Virus record (IMG/VR): IMGVR_UViG_3300044551_000092
Location: 96,001 to 160,000 of that record
Strand: one strand, 5' to 3'
DNA length: 64,000 bases
DNA from: a virus
Lineage: Duplodnaviria; Caudoviricetes
Below the pieces are notes generated by a model that was not told where the DNA came from, made no database searches, and saw only the letters and a list, made by a program, of their open reading frames with translations. The position numbers were made by a program, and so were the translations under genes. This document shows, in pieces, positions 1-9,569 of this stretch; positions within the stretch are counted from its first letter, which is position 1; every line of letters starts with the position of its first letter.

Positions 1-2
1 TT

Positions 3-191
3 TATGGGGTTCAGCTTCTGAATGAGGAAAGTGGCTATTCAGTTGATGATGTTGTTCTTTCCAAAGCTTACACTTTCGTGGCTCGTAAGGTTAAGCCTGT
101 TACTGAAAAAGAAAATCGTCGTTCTGCTGGACGTGCGAGTGGCAATGCGGTTGTTGACAATAAATCAATTGGCGGCGGCTACATTATCTAA
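3..191 (+). CDS. Tail tube protein, C-terminal fragment (5'-truncated by window; absent from ORF track)
   Basis: Frame 3 reads YGVQLLNEESGYSVDDVVLSKAYTFVARKVKPV...GGGYII*. This aligns with the C-termini of 922-1419 (LYGVSTYTEGMSMSIDN...FEFYALDIDP) and 1427-2209 (INGVQL...YSFIAQDL). A terminator follows. Confidence 0.7.
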   Translation, partial: YGVQLLNEESGYSVDDVVLSKAYTFVARKVKPVTEKENRRSAGRASGNAVVDNKSIGGGYII

Positions 192-207
192 ATGCTTTCT
201 AATTCTC

Positions 208-242
208 AAGGGAATGGTAGATCACCTGCCATTCCTTTTTTT
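208..242 (+). terminator. Intrinsic terminator
   Basis: Stem GGAATGGTAG (211-220), loop ATCAC, stem CTGCCATTCC (226-235, one G-U pair), then T7; directly after the tube-gene stop. Confidence 0.85.
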
Positions 243-258
243 AAAGGAGATCTTGTTG

Positions 259-906
259 ATGCCTCTACCAAAAGATAATCTTTTATTCGGCTTTTCCACC
301 AGATTGACAGACGAACAGAAAGTTTTCGTTGATGCAATTTTTGATTACAAAATGGTCTTTTGTAATGCCAAGAGCGGGAGCGGAAAAACAACGTTATCGG
401 TGGCATGTGCGAAAATTTTAGAAAAACCATTGCTTTATCTTTTCTCTCCCGTCGAGGAGGGCAGGTTAGGTTTTTTACCAGGTGATTTGGAAGAAAAGAC
501 CGATGAGTATCTCCAACCATTAAAAGATGCACTTTTAGAAATTAACGAGCTGCCGGATAAAGCAATTATCTCTAAAAAAAGACCGGAGAATAACAAAAAC
601 GCATGGATCAAAGCCATGCCGCACGTTTATGCAAGAGGCATCAACATTAAAGATTCTGTCGTTATCATTGATGAAGCGCAGAATTGGACGCGTGGTGAAC
701 TGAAAAAGGTACTGACTCGAATTCATGATTCCTGCAATGTGATTGTAATTGGTCACAGCGGTCAATGTGATCTTGATAAGCCAACAAGAAGTGGATTTAT
801 TCCCTATCTTAAACATTATGAATCAGAACCATACTGTGCGGTCTGTACGCTTAGTCATAATTTTAGAGGCAAAATCTCATCTCACGCAGATGAACTGACG
901 TGGTAA
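259..906 (+). CDS. phoH: PhoH-like ATPase
   Basis: Walker A AKSGSGKTT, LGFLPGDLEEK, RGINIKDSVVIIDEAQN, LTRIHDSCNVIVIGHSGQCDL. Start moved from 22 to ATG 259 because of SD AAAGGAGA and because the longer ORF would cross the upstream gene and terminator. Confidence 0.92.
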   Translation: MPLPKDNLLFGFSTRLTDEQKVFVDAIFDYKMVFCNAKSGSGKTTLSVACAKILEKPLLYLFSPVEEGRLGFLPGDLEEKTDEYLQPLKDALLEINELPDKAIISKKRPENNKNAWIKAMPHVYARGINIKDSVVIIDEAQNWTRGELKKVLTRIHDSCNVIVIGHSGQCDLDKPTRSGFIPYLKHYESEPYCAVCTLSHNFRGKISSHADELTW

Positions 907-921
907 TAAGAAGGTGAAAGT

Positions 922-1419
922 ATGTTTCCGGACAATAAAGGGCTCAGACGCGTTAATACCACATATTCGGGGACAGATATGGTCTGTACATTAAATATGC
1001 CAAATGAAGGCCCGATTGTATTCGGCGAGCTTTCAAGTTTGTCTTATTCAATCTTTAGAGAAAAAGTTCCAATACGAGCCCTTGGTCATATCAGCATGAA
1101 AGGTTATACCCGTGGTGCACGAACGATTACCGGTGTTCTAAATTTTAATCTTTTTGATGAAAGTATTGTCTATCGATGTATGAAATCACTTAGGGATCAA
1201 GGCTATCGTATCATCATGGATGAAATGCCACTTTTTGACATTACGATTAGTTTGGCCAATGAATACGGCAGCCGATCGATGATGACGCTTTACGGCGTTT
1301 CCACTTATACCGAAGGAATGTCTATGTCGATTGATAATATTACCACGCATGATGTATTTGAATTTTATGCTTTGGATATAGATCCTATTTCCAAGATACG
1401 TCAAACAAAACGGAGATGA
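922..1419 (+). CDS. Tail tube-like virion structural protein (paralog 2)
   Basis: YSGTD...GELSSLSYSIFREKVPIRALG...GYTRGARTITGVLNF...FDITISLANEYG pattern; paralogous to neighbours; SD AAGGTG. Confidence 0.7.
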   Translation: MFPDNKGLRRVNTTYSGTDMVCTLNMPNEGPIVFGELSSLSYSIFREKVPIRALGHISMKGYTRGARTITGVLNFNLFDESIVYRCMKSLRDQGYRIIMDEMPLFDITISLANEYGSRSMMTLYGVSTYTEGMSMSIDNITTHDVFEFYALDIDPISKIRQTKRR

Positions 1420-1426
1420 GTTTTAT

Positions 1427-2209
1427 ATGCGTCGTATGATGGGCAACCACAATAATGCATCGACTGGTTTTCATCCAAATCCGCAGTTTGATACGTATCG
1501 ACGCCAAGATACTCGCGTTGAATATCAGCTATTCTCAAACGATTATTTTTCAAATGCTGATGTACATCTTTATTTTGGGAATATTTTTGTCGATGACATC
1601 ATTTCGCTAAATTTTACGCTTGAAGAACAGGTCCGACCCATTTATGGCTATCACTCCTATACGTATGATGCGGTTGCTAGGGGAAATCGGATAATAAGGG
1701 GTGAGTTTTCGATTAATTTTACTTCTGTCGGTTACCTGCAAGAAATTATTGAGAATGCAGATGCCATCGAATTTGCCTTATCCGATAAAGCCAAAAAACT
1801 GCCTGATATAGATTTGAAACACACTGATTTAACGATTGAAGATATTCTAAAAATTTATGGCAAAGAATCGTTCAATGAAATTGCAGATGCTTATGAAAAA
1901 GAGATATGGGGCGATGATTCAAAGACGACGTATTTAACCCCGGGTGCCTCAACTTATTTTCAGAGAACAACGCCATTTGGTTTTGATATTAAAATAAATT
2001 ATGGGGCCGTCAGTCAAACACTTGGGGCTCAATATCAAGGATTCTATAATAAAGCCCCCGTTCATCCAAACATCACTGTAGACCGAATAAATGGTGTTCA
2101 ATTAACGGGACTGCAAAAAAATATGAGTACGAGTGACCAAGGCCGCCCTTTAACAGAAACTTATTCTTTTATTGCTCAAGATTTAAATGGCAAAAGTACA
2201 ATGTATTAA
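1427..2209 (+). CDS. Tail tube-like virion structural protein (paralog 3, possible tube initiator)
   Basis: YFSNADV...LNFTLEEQVRPIYGYHS...VARGNRIIRGEFSINF...FDIKINYG; same motif order as 922-1419, with an insertion. Confidence 0.65.
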   Translation: MRRMMGNHNNASTGFHPNPQFDTYRRQDTRVEYQLFSNDYFSNADVHLYFGNIFVDDIISLNFTLEEQVRPIYGYHSYTYDAVARGNRIIRGEFSINFTSVGYLQEIIENADAIEFALSDKAKKLPDIDLKHTDLTIEDILKIYGKESFNEIADAYEKEIWGDDSKTTYLTPGASTYFQRTTPFGFDIKINYGAVSQTLGAQYQGFYNKAPVHPNITVDRINGVQLTGLQKNMSTSDQGRPLTETYSFIAQDLNGKSTMY

Positions 2210-2255
2210 CGTATAATAATCTTTAGATAAACCTTTAGAAAAGAGGAAATTTAAA

Positions 2256-2684
2256 TTGAAAAAAGAAACCAAACCATTAGAAAATCATAATAAAAAAAGT
2301 AGTGAAGAAACAGAAAATAAACATCTCGGCTTATATACAGATGAAGAATGGACAACACCGGTTTTTGAAGGAGGTCCCACACGACAAGAAATCGAAGAAT
2401 GGAAGAAAAAATATATGGCTGTTTATTTCACACCATTTGAAAATGAAAAATTTATATGGCGTCCATTAAAACGGCCTGAATATCGACAACTGATAGAGCA
2501 AAAAGAAATGGGAATCATGGACCGAGAAGAAGCAATTATGCAAGCGGTCATTCTATTCCCGCGAGACTTTGATATTAAAGAATACATTGCTAAAGGCGGA
2601 CGTGCAGGCGTGCCTTCACTTATTGCTGACATGGTGATGGATAAGTCAGGATTCACCGCACAGTCTGCTCCGATTGAGTTGTGA
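2256..2684 (+). CDS. Tail assembly chaperone (G-like)
   Basis: Small helical protein (IEEWKKKY...FIWRPLKRPEY...VILFP...AGVPSLIADMVMDKSGF) between tube genes and tape-measure slot; TTG start with SD AGAGG. Confidence 0.6.
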   Translation: MKKETKPLENHNKKSSEETENKHLGLYTDEEWTTPVFEGGPTRQEIEEWKKKYMAVYFTPFENEKFIWRPLKRPEYRQLIEQKEMGIMDREEAIMQAVILFPRDFDIKEYIAKGGRAGVPSLIADMVMDKSGFTAQSAPIEL

Positions 2685-2690
2685 TATGCT

Positions 2691-3503
2691 GTGAAAGGAC
2701 CGGCTAAACGAACGATCAATAGTTGGAAGAAGAAGTACGAACATATTTATAAAGTTATATTTGAAAACAAAAATAAGGATTACTCGCAACTGTTTATTTT
2801 CCGTGTTCCAGGTCGTGAAGAGTGGAAACAGATCACATTTATTTATCGTGAAAATCCAATGAAGCTTCAAGAAAAAATGTGTAGCGTCTGCACTTTGTAT
2901 CCTAAAAATTTTGATTTTGAAAATGGATTGGCTGGTTATGCCGAAGTCTTAAATAATATCATTCTTCGAATCGGTGGTTATCAGGAAGGGCAGGCGAAAG
3001 AGGCCCTTGATGCATTCCGTCAAGAACTTGAATTTCAAGATTATCAATCAGACTGCTTAATTCATGAAGCTTTTCCTGAATATTCGATTGAAGAAATTCA
3101 AAAATGGACCAATCTTAAATTGACTTACTATTTGTCTCGTGCTGAATTTATATTAAAACAGTTGCGCGGAGTTCAAATTATCATTGAGGGCTCAGAAGAA
3201 GCGAAACAGATTCAAGCACAGCAGCAACAGGGATCACAGCAAAAGACCTATCAACATAACTTTAAAATGAACGATGTAAACAGCCCGCTGCTTCATGCAA
3301 AAAAACCTCAAAAATCAAAGAAAAATCCTAAAGAACAGTCTCAAACGATACGTAATGAAGAAGACCTCTTGAAGAAACTTGCAGAAAATGAAGCGATACA
3401 CGGTCGCAAGATTGCTCCACCAAGTACTCATTTTGATGAACTAGATCGTCAGGAAGCAAATTATGATGTTATTCACGATCGTCTTAAAGGCGATTTTGAC
3501 TAG
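2691..3503 (+). CDS. Tail assembly chaperone paralog with C-terminal extension (GT-like)
   Basis: N-terminal half repeats the motifs of 2256-2684 (INSWKKKY...FIFRVPGREEW...CTLYP...AGYAEVLNNIILRIGGY), followed by a helical extension and Q/K-rich tail. Confidence 0.55.
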   Translation: MKGPAKRTINSWKKKYEHIYKVIFENKNKDYSQLFIFRVPGREEWKQITFIYRENPMKLQEKMCSVCTLYPKNFDFENGLAGYAEVLNNIILRIGGYQEGQAKEALDAFRQELEFQDYQSDCLIHEAFPEYSIEEIQKWTNLKLTYYLSRAEFILKQLRGVQIIIEGSEEAKQIQAQQQQGSQQKTYQHNFKMNDVNSPLLHAKKPQKSKKNPKEQSQTIRNEEDLLKKLAENEAIHGRKIAPPSTHFDELDRQEANYDVIHDRLKGDFD

Positions 3504-3518
3504 AAAGAGTGATAAGCA

Positions 3519-6500
3519 ATGGATGATCTGATGGAAATCGTGAAGCCTGAAAATTATCAGGATAATCAGCGGTCATCGAAATATTATTTATATAACGAAG
3601 ATGAACGTGCGGAAATGCCGGTCTATCAGAAAATCGCTCTTGGAGCTATCGCTGGCGCCGGTCTGCTTGCATTTGGTCATCGGACTGGTGCAGTACATAA
3701 AATTGCCCGCTTTTTAGATCGTGATATTCATATATCAGCCAAGGCATGGAGAAGCACGATTAATCAGGAAAGTGGTTTATCAAAAAATCTAAACTGGAAA
3801 CGGTTTGATCAAACACGCCAACACTTTCTCAATGAACGAAAAAGACTTCTTGCAGCTTACGACAAAGAGAAAAATCCATTGAATCGTCGAGAATTTGATA
3901 TTCAAAATTATTTAAATCAACGAGAGCGATTGATTGGGTCTGAAGTAAATGACGAATTTACTGGTGAGATGGCACATGTAATGAACGAAGACTATCGTCT
4001 CCGAGCCATCATGCAGGAGATTCGTCAAAATGAAAAAATCAGTTCAGCAATGGCTGATCGCATCCAGGTCGCTCTTGGCAAGGGCGGGGTTGACGATCTT
4101 CGATTACGCGACGATGAGCATATTCGTTTTTTGTTGAACAATCAAAAGATTAATGACCATAAGATTGTTGATTGGGTCAATGCTTCTCGTCATAAATATC
4201 AGAATATCGATTTTCTAAAGAACGAAGAGTTAAATCCAGGCGGTGCCAATTTTGTTCGACAGATGCAAGAAAAAATGCGTGATTTTACAGCACATCAACT
4301 TCAATATTACAATAAGAAAAATGGTTGGATTAAAAGCCGTATTATCGGACATAAACAAGCAACAGTCGGGGATATACTTGAACTTCACAGACGGGGCGTC
4401 GTAAATATTGACACGCATTTACGAGCACAGATTCACGATGCATTGAAATATAATAAAAAATTTAGAGATACTGTTTTTGATCGGAACTTGTATATTAAGA
4501 CGCGAGGCGGCAAGCCGGCCGGCCTCATGGATTACAATGCTTATCACCGGATTGGCCAGAAGACAATGGAGTGGTGGTCTCATACGCTCCCAGGTGGTTT
4601 GCTCCATCTTCGAGACTTTATTAACAGTCATGAAGCACGTGAACAAGCAGCTTTCCGAATTATGAAACGTGAATCCATTCAACCGATGCTCAACGCGCAA
4701 ATGGGTCTTGCCAATAAAAACCCCTTACATCAGCCTGTTGTTTTTGCGATGGGGCGGTTTGTCCGTCTTTTTGATGACGGGGCAGTAAATCATCACACGG
4801 CGCTCAATATCTTAAACAAGAAACGAGAAATGTATTTAACATCATCTCGATTTGGTACGCTTCCTAAAATTGTTCGGTCGGCAGCAGGGCTTGAAACAAA
4901 GGATAAACGGAGAAATCTTTTTACCGAAACCTTTGACCTATTTAATCAGGGTCGGGATGCGGATTCCGTTGAAATGCTTCGAATGTTTACGAAATATACC
5001 GACCCGACATGGGAAAGAAATGTTGTTCGACGAGTACTAAGCTATGGCATTAAAAACAATAAAGAATTCTATGATATTCGTAAATATTTTAATCGCTATA
5101 CTTCTGGCTATACTCCTCGGACGTTAAATCGGATGAAAAAAATAATGCCCCAATATATTCAGGATTATGTGGAGCAAAATCAACTTAATTTTGGCGACTC
5201 AGAGGACTTAAAGAAACTTTTTGGCTACATGGGGAAGCATGTTTCGCAAAAAGAAAACCCAGATTTTTACCGGTTTCATCAAGAATATCTGAGGAATCCA
5301 AATAATATTTTGTCCTATCACCGTTCGCTTGGCAATGATAATCCGATCATTGGTGGCAATCTCAAGATCCAAACTGGCGAAGATATTATTCGGCAACAGG
5401 TCAGCCGTGAAATAACCAGGCAGATCATTAACCGTAATGCAATCAAGCTCGGCGATAAGCGGGCTTCACAGGTTTTATTTCGCAAGAAATTGGAATCCAT
5501 GCGCTTAAACGATGAACTATTGAAAGGCGACTTGGACAAATCCATTCGCGCTTACAATCAATATCTGTTTGAGGAAGCGGGGGCTGAACATTTCCGCCAT
5601 CCACAATCAAGTTATAAAAAAATTAATGAGTTATTCACCGGTTCGGAGAACATTAGTCGCCAGTTTCAAAAAGACATGCATCAAATGTATCGACAGACAA
5701 ATCCAATTTGGGAAGAATACTCACCAATCAAAAAACCGAATCCGATCGGTGATGACTATTTGGCTGTCAATCGATCTTTTAAAACAAGTGATCTGTTAGG
5801 ACGTACAAAAGAATTTTTTACGGATATCGGCGATAAGGCCAAGCAGCTTGCGCTAACGACCGGCCGCCGAAACTTAGAAGATGTCACCACAATGTCCATC
5901 TTTGGTGGCTTTTATCCGGCATACCGATTACAGGAAGCGCTCGGGGCTGTCGGACTTGGCTTTTCAGATGAATCGCTCGGGTCACCGCTTTCTATCTGGT
6001 CTTCATTAATGCTTAAACGTATCCTTCCAATTTTTGGTGCGGTCGGCTTATATGGTTATGCCGATTATAAAATGCAACAGGATAGCGGGGCCGGCATTAC
6101 TGAACGATATGAGAACTATAAAGCAGATCGCCGAACCGAAGCAGCTCAAGCCCGTTATAAACTTGGACAGCAAGATAAATTAAAACACGAACTGCAACTG
6201 AAACCGGGTATCGATCAATTCAATGAGATGCCGAATGTTACATTGCCCATCATCGGAACCCGAGGCCCGGGAGACATTTTTAATACAATCGCTTCTCTGG
6301 TCTCCAGGACCCCTGTAACGGACTATCATAACGAAGATCGTATGAATGTCCAGGAGACAAAAGAAGACTTGACAAGCGGCGTTACACCCGTCAGAAAGGG
6401 CCGCTGGTGGGCCGCCGGATCACGAAGCGCTTATGTCGGCGATCGTATTCAGCAATTCAAACCGAATAGTTACCGATTAGCACATAGCGATTGGGAACAT

Positions 6501-9500
6501 TCCAACGTGACGGCTACGGGTGAAGAAAAATACAGCCATTCCTTTTTTCCGACAGCGGAAAACCCTCTTGGCTTTATCTCCTACTTAATCGGGACACGTG
6601 ATCCTTATTGGTATGAAAAGAAACACTATTTTGATCGGCCGTATCTCTTAACCGGTGATTTGTTTAATTCCAATACACCCTTTATCGGGGACATCGGCAA
6701 TATGACGATTGGTCAAGTCTTCAAACCAAGTCGTAAGATGCATGAAGACTATTGGGGGGATCCTGTACTAGTCCAAGAAGCAACTGATGAAGCAACGGAC
6801 CGTGATACAGAGAGGGGCGAGGGGTCGCTGGTGACTCGCGTTTCACCGTCCGGCCGCCGGGAAGAAGATGTTTTCAGTACACCTTCTGAATACGGCGCCC
6901 CGATGCAAGATTTTCCGCCGGCGGCTAAAGACAAAAAAGCGGCAAAAGATATTACCGACCGGGCCTATTATGTTGCGCAGATGAAGAATATTAGTACGGG
7001 TAAAGCTACGGGAGATGAGATCGTACGTGGCGTTGATTCCGGTCAAGTTGTCTTTATCCCGTCCCGTCAATCTGGGAATTATGCCTCTTATTCTCAGGCT
7101 TTTAAGGCGGCGGCAACAGCAGAGGCACAAAACCGAAAAATGAGGGAAAACCCACGTTCAAGAGAAATCAACAAGGATAAAATCATTTCAATGTATTATC
7201 CGGGACAAGAGCCAACCATGAAGCTCAAGCCTCGCGGTATCCATGATTTCGAATATCTTTATCAAAAAAGAGCGGATCATGATAAGCTGAGGCATCTTAA
7301 TGATCCTAATAATCTTAACTGGCGTCTGCAAAACTTGCAAAGTAATTGGTCAGAACCGGCCGGTATTTACAACTGGATTATCAATGATGAATTATTAAAA
7401 AACGATCCGTATCGCGATCAAAAAGTAATCGCAAAAGCTCATGACGCTTATGATTTCAACAGCCGTTTTTGGGATCAACAATATGGATCGCTCGGCGGAG
7501 AGCTTTCCGAAATAGGTCGTCGATTTATTCGTAAAGACAGCGGATTTATGGAGAAATATAACCCCATTCAAAATAGGATGCCTTCTTGGTTGCCCGGGTC
7601 GGATTATTTTCAAAATTTTCGAGAGGGAGACCCTTATACATTAATTCCGAATGGTGAATATCGTCTACCCGGGGAAGCGTATGAAAAACTTAATAAACTG
7701 CATCCAGACGAGACTGGACGATACGGAGCATTCGATAAATTTAAGATATTGGCTGATGTGGCTCCGTGGTCAAACGAGTATAACTTTTGGAAAGAGTACG
7801 TGAATGCTTTTACGACAGATAAAACATTAAGAAAACAATTTGCCGATATTAAACGGCAAGTATCTAAACGAAAAAAGAAATATGACTTTCAGCCCTATCA
7901 TTTTCGCAACACGGAACTGGAAAAACAACAAGTAACGGTTACGAAATTTCTTGACGACTATACTTTTCTCACCAAGGAGTTTGGCAATCAACCATTAAGA
8001 ATGGCTGGAATGGATGTCAGAGCAAAAGCTCCCGGAATTCTTCAGCAGTATTTCAAAACAGGCGATAAGATCACAATCGGTTTCAGTAAGGATCCAGTCT
8101 ATCAAAAAGCCAATGATACTTATGGGACGATGCATGTTGATGTCTTTGCGGGATTAAATAGTATTAACCAGCAAATTATCGCTCGCGGTCAAGCGAAAGA
8201 AAGTCCGAATGATTTCACACCGACGGGTGTCTGGGCTCGCTTCACACCTGAAGAAATTGCTCGCGGACACCGTTGGGAAAATGTCGCTCATTTTGAGTCA
8301 GCCTTAAATACAAAATTCCTTCACGTACGTTCCGCGGTAGAAGAATATGAGCGGGATCAGATTTATGGAAAAGACTGGTCTACATGGGAAAACTTTGGGA
8401 TCAGTGATTATTTAATACCAGCTGTCGAACGCATGATTGGAAATAGCAATCCATTAATGGCGACAATGAGCGGTGGACTAGTCGGTGGCTTTATTGGTCG
8501 TCTGTTTCTTGGCGGCGGCAAACGTACTAAAGCCGGATTAATTTTGGGGGCACTAACTGGTTTTGGTGCAAATATGTGGGGGAAATACTACGAGTATCGA
8601 ACCGGTAAGCGTTGGATCCCCAAACGTCGGCGGACTGAAAATGACATCAATGAATACTTTGATTTCTTAAAATACTTAAAATATCATGGACTTTATGAAG
8701 AAACCTCCCGTCGTGCGAAAAAGCAAGGTTATCATATTGACAAGATTTTGCAGAAGATCGATCAAAAGAAGCAAAGTACGAAAAAAGAACAACAAAAACT
8801 GATTGATGAAAAACGACGTCTATATATTCAGCAACCAAAGGATTTCGCTGAAAAAAGAAAAACAATTAACGCTAAGTTAAATAAGATCAGTGAAAATTGG
8901 AATATGGAACAATTACCGGATATTGTATCACAAACAATTTATTACAAAGATCAAATGGAAGCAACGTTATATGGGATGAACCCTAAAGGTGACTATTTGA
9001 ATTTAATGCGGGCACTTCCCTATAAAGATAAGTGGTTCTTTCAGGATTTTGCAAAAGCGGACTCAGAAGATCGAAAGAAAATCCTAAGTTTAATTCCCGA
9101 AAATGAGCGCCCCCTATATCTGAGTATTTGGGGGATGAAGCCTGATGAAAAGAAACCTGTTGCCTATTATCTCAAGAAATACAACATTCCTTCGGCAAAT
9201 TGGGCTGGATGGAGGCCAGATGTCAATCTGGAAGATGTTAAAGTCAAGGCAGTTAAAAATGCCGGACTTGATCTTAGTGATTTTAATTACTGGGATGATG
9301 ACTTGGCGGCTTCAAGATATGCGCCGGATATTAATTCACAAAATAACGTCTACAACCGTCCGGCGGCTTTTAAGGGTTATCATAACGTCGAACAGAATAT
9401 TCGAGAAATTATGGAGGGCTATAATCTGCGTAATGTACATGTAATCGCCAAACCCAGTCAAGGCGGGCTGACACAGGTAAATATTCAATATATGCAAGAT

Positions 9501-9554
9501 CGTAAAAAGGAAATTGAAAAAGAATTTAATTTAAATAGTCAAAATTACGTATAA
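3519..9554 (+). CDS. Giant virion protein (tape-measure/ejection-protein candidate) with hydrophobic segments and a degenerate SNase-like domain
   Basis: 2011 aa, first gene after chaperones. Gly-rich hydrophobic stretches at N-terminus (IALGAIAGAGLLAFG), middle (RILPIFGAVGLYGY) and C-terminal part (GGLVGGFIGRLFLGG...LILGALTGFG). SNase-like pattern at about 7930-8200. Confidence 0.6.
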   Translation: MDDLMEIVKPENYQDNQRSSKYYLYNEDERAEMPVYQKIALGAIAGAGLLAFGHRTGAVHKIARFLDRDIHISAKAWRSTINQESGLSKNLNWKRFDQTRQHFLNERKRLLAAYDKEKNPLNRREFDIQNYLNQRERLIGSEVNDEFTGEMAHVMNEDYRLRAIMQEIRQNEKISSAMADRIQVALGKGGVDDLRLRDDEHIRFLLNNQKINDHKIVDWVNASRHKYQNIDFLKNEELNPGGANFVRQMQEKMRDFTAHQLQYYNKKNGWIKSRIIGHKQATVGDILELHRRGVVNIDTHLRAQIHDALKYNKKFRDTVFDRNLYIKTRGGKPAGLMDYNAYHRIGQKTMEWWSHTLPGGLLHLRDFINSHEAREQAAFRIMKRESIQPMLNAQMGLANKNPLHQPVVFAMGRFVRLFDDGAVNHHTALNILNKKREMYLTSSRFGTLPKIVRSAAGLETKDKRRNLFTETFDLFNQGRDADSVEMLRMFTKYTDPTWERNVVRRVLSYGIKNNKEFYDIRKYFNRYTSGYTPRTLNRMKKIMPQYIQDYVEQNQLNFGDSEDLKKLFGYMGKHVSQKENPDFYRFHQEYLRNPNNILSYHRSLGNDNPIIGGNLKIQTGEDIIRQQVSREITRQIINRNAIKLGDKRASQVLFRKKLESMRLNDELLKGDLDKSIRAYNQYLFEEAGAEHFRHPQSSYKKINELFTGSENISRQFQKDMHQMYRQTNPIWEEYSPIKKPNPIGDDYLAVNRSFKTSDLLGRTKEFFTDIGDKAKQLALTTGRRNLEDVTTMSIFGGFYPAYRLQEALGAVGLGFSDESLGSPLSIWSSLMLKRILPIFGAVGLYGYADYKMQQDSGAGITERYENYKADRRTEAAQARYKLGQQDKLKHELQLKPGIDQFNEMPNVTLPIIGTRGPGDIFNTIASLVSRTPVTDYHNEDRMNVQETKEDLTSGVTPVRKGRWWAAGSRSAYVGDRIQQFKPNSYRLAHSDWEHSNVTATGEEKYSHSFFPTAENPLGFISYLIGTRDPYWYEKKHYFDRPYLLTGDLFNSNTPFIGDIGNMTIGQVFKPSRKMHEDYWGDPVLVQEATDEATDRDTERGEGSLVTRVSPSGRREEDVFSTPSEYGAPMQDFPPAAKDKKAAKDITDRAYYVAQMKNISTGKATGDEIVRGVDSGQVVFIPSRQSGNYASYSQAFKAAATAEAQNRKMRENPRSREINKDKIISMYYPGQEPTMKLKPRGIHDFEYLYQKRADHDKLRHLNDPNNLNWRLQNLQSNWSEPAGIYNWIINDELLKNDPYRDQKVIAKAHDAYDFNSRFWDQQYGSLGGELSEIGRRFIRKDSGFMEKYNPIQNRMPSWLPGSDYFQNFREGDPYTLIPNGEYRLPGEAYEKLNKLHPDETGRYGAFDKFKILADVAPWSNEYNFWKEYVNAFTTDKTLRKQFADIKRQVSKRKKKYDFQPYHFRNTELEKQQVTVTKFLDDYTFLTKEFGNQPLRMAGMDVRAKAPGILQQYFKTGDKITIGFSKDPVYQKANDTYGTMHVDVFAGLNSINQQIIARGQAKESPNDFTPTGVWARFTPEEIARGHRWENVAHFESALNTKFLHVRSAVEEYERDQIYGKDWSTWENFGISDYLIPAVERMIGNSNPLMATMSGGLVGGFIGRLFLGGGKRTKAGLILGALTGFGANMWGKYYEYRTGKRWIPKRRRTENDINEYFDFLKYLKYHGLYEETSRRAKKQGYHIDKILQKIDQKKQSTKKEQQKLIDEKRRLYIQQPKDFAEKRKTINAKLNKISENWNMEQLPDIVSQTIYYKDQMEATLYGMNPKGDYLNLMRALPYKDKWFFQDFAKADSEDRKKILSLIPENERPLYLSIWGMKPDEKKPVAYYLKKYNIPSANWAGWRPDVNLEDVKVKAVKNAGLDLSDFNYWDDDLAASRYAPDINSQNNVYNRPAAFKGYHNVEQNIREIMEGYNLRNVHVIAKPSQGGLTQVNIQYMQDRKKEIEKEFNLNSQNYV

Positions 9555-9569
9555 GGGGGCGCAGGATCA

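Noticed and set aside
22-258. 79-aa N-terminal extension of PhoH in the ORF track
   Set aside because: It overlaps the tube-gene fragment in another frame and crosses a terminator; a good SD precedes ATG 259.
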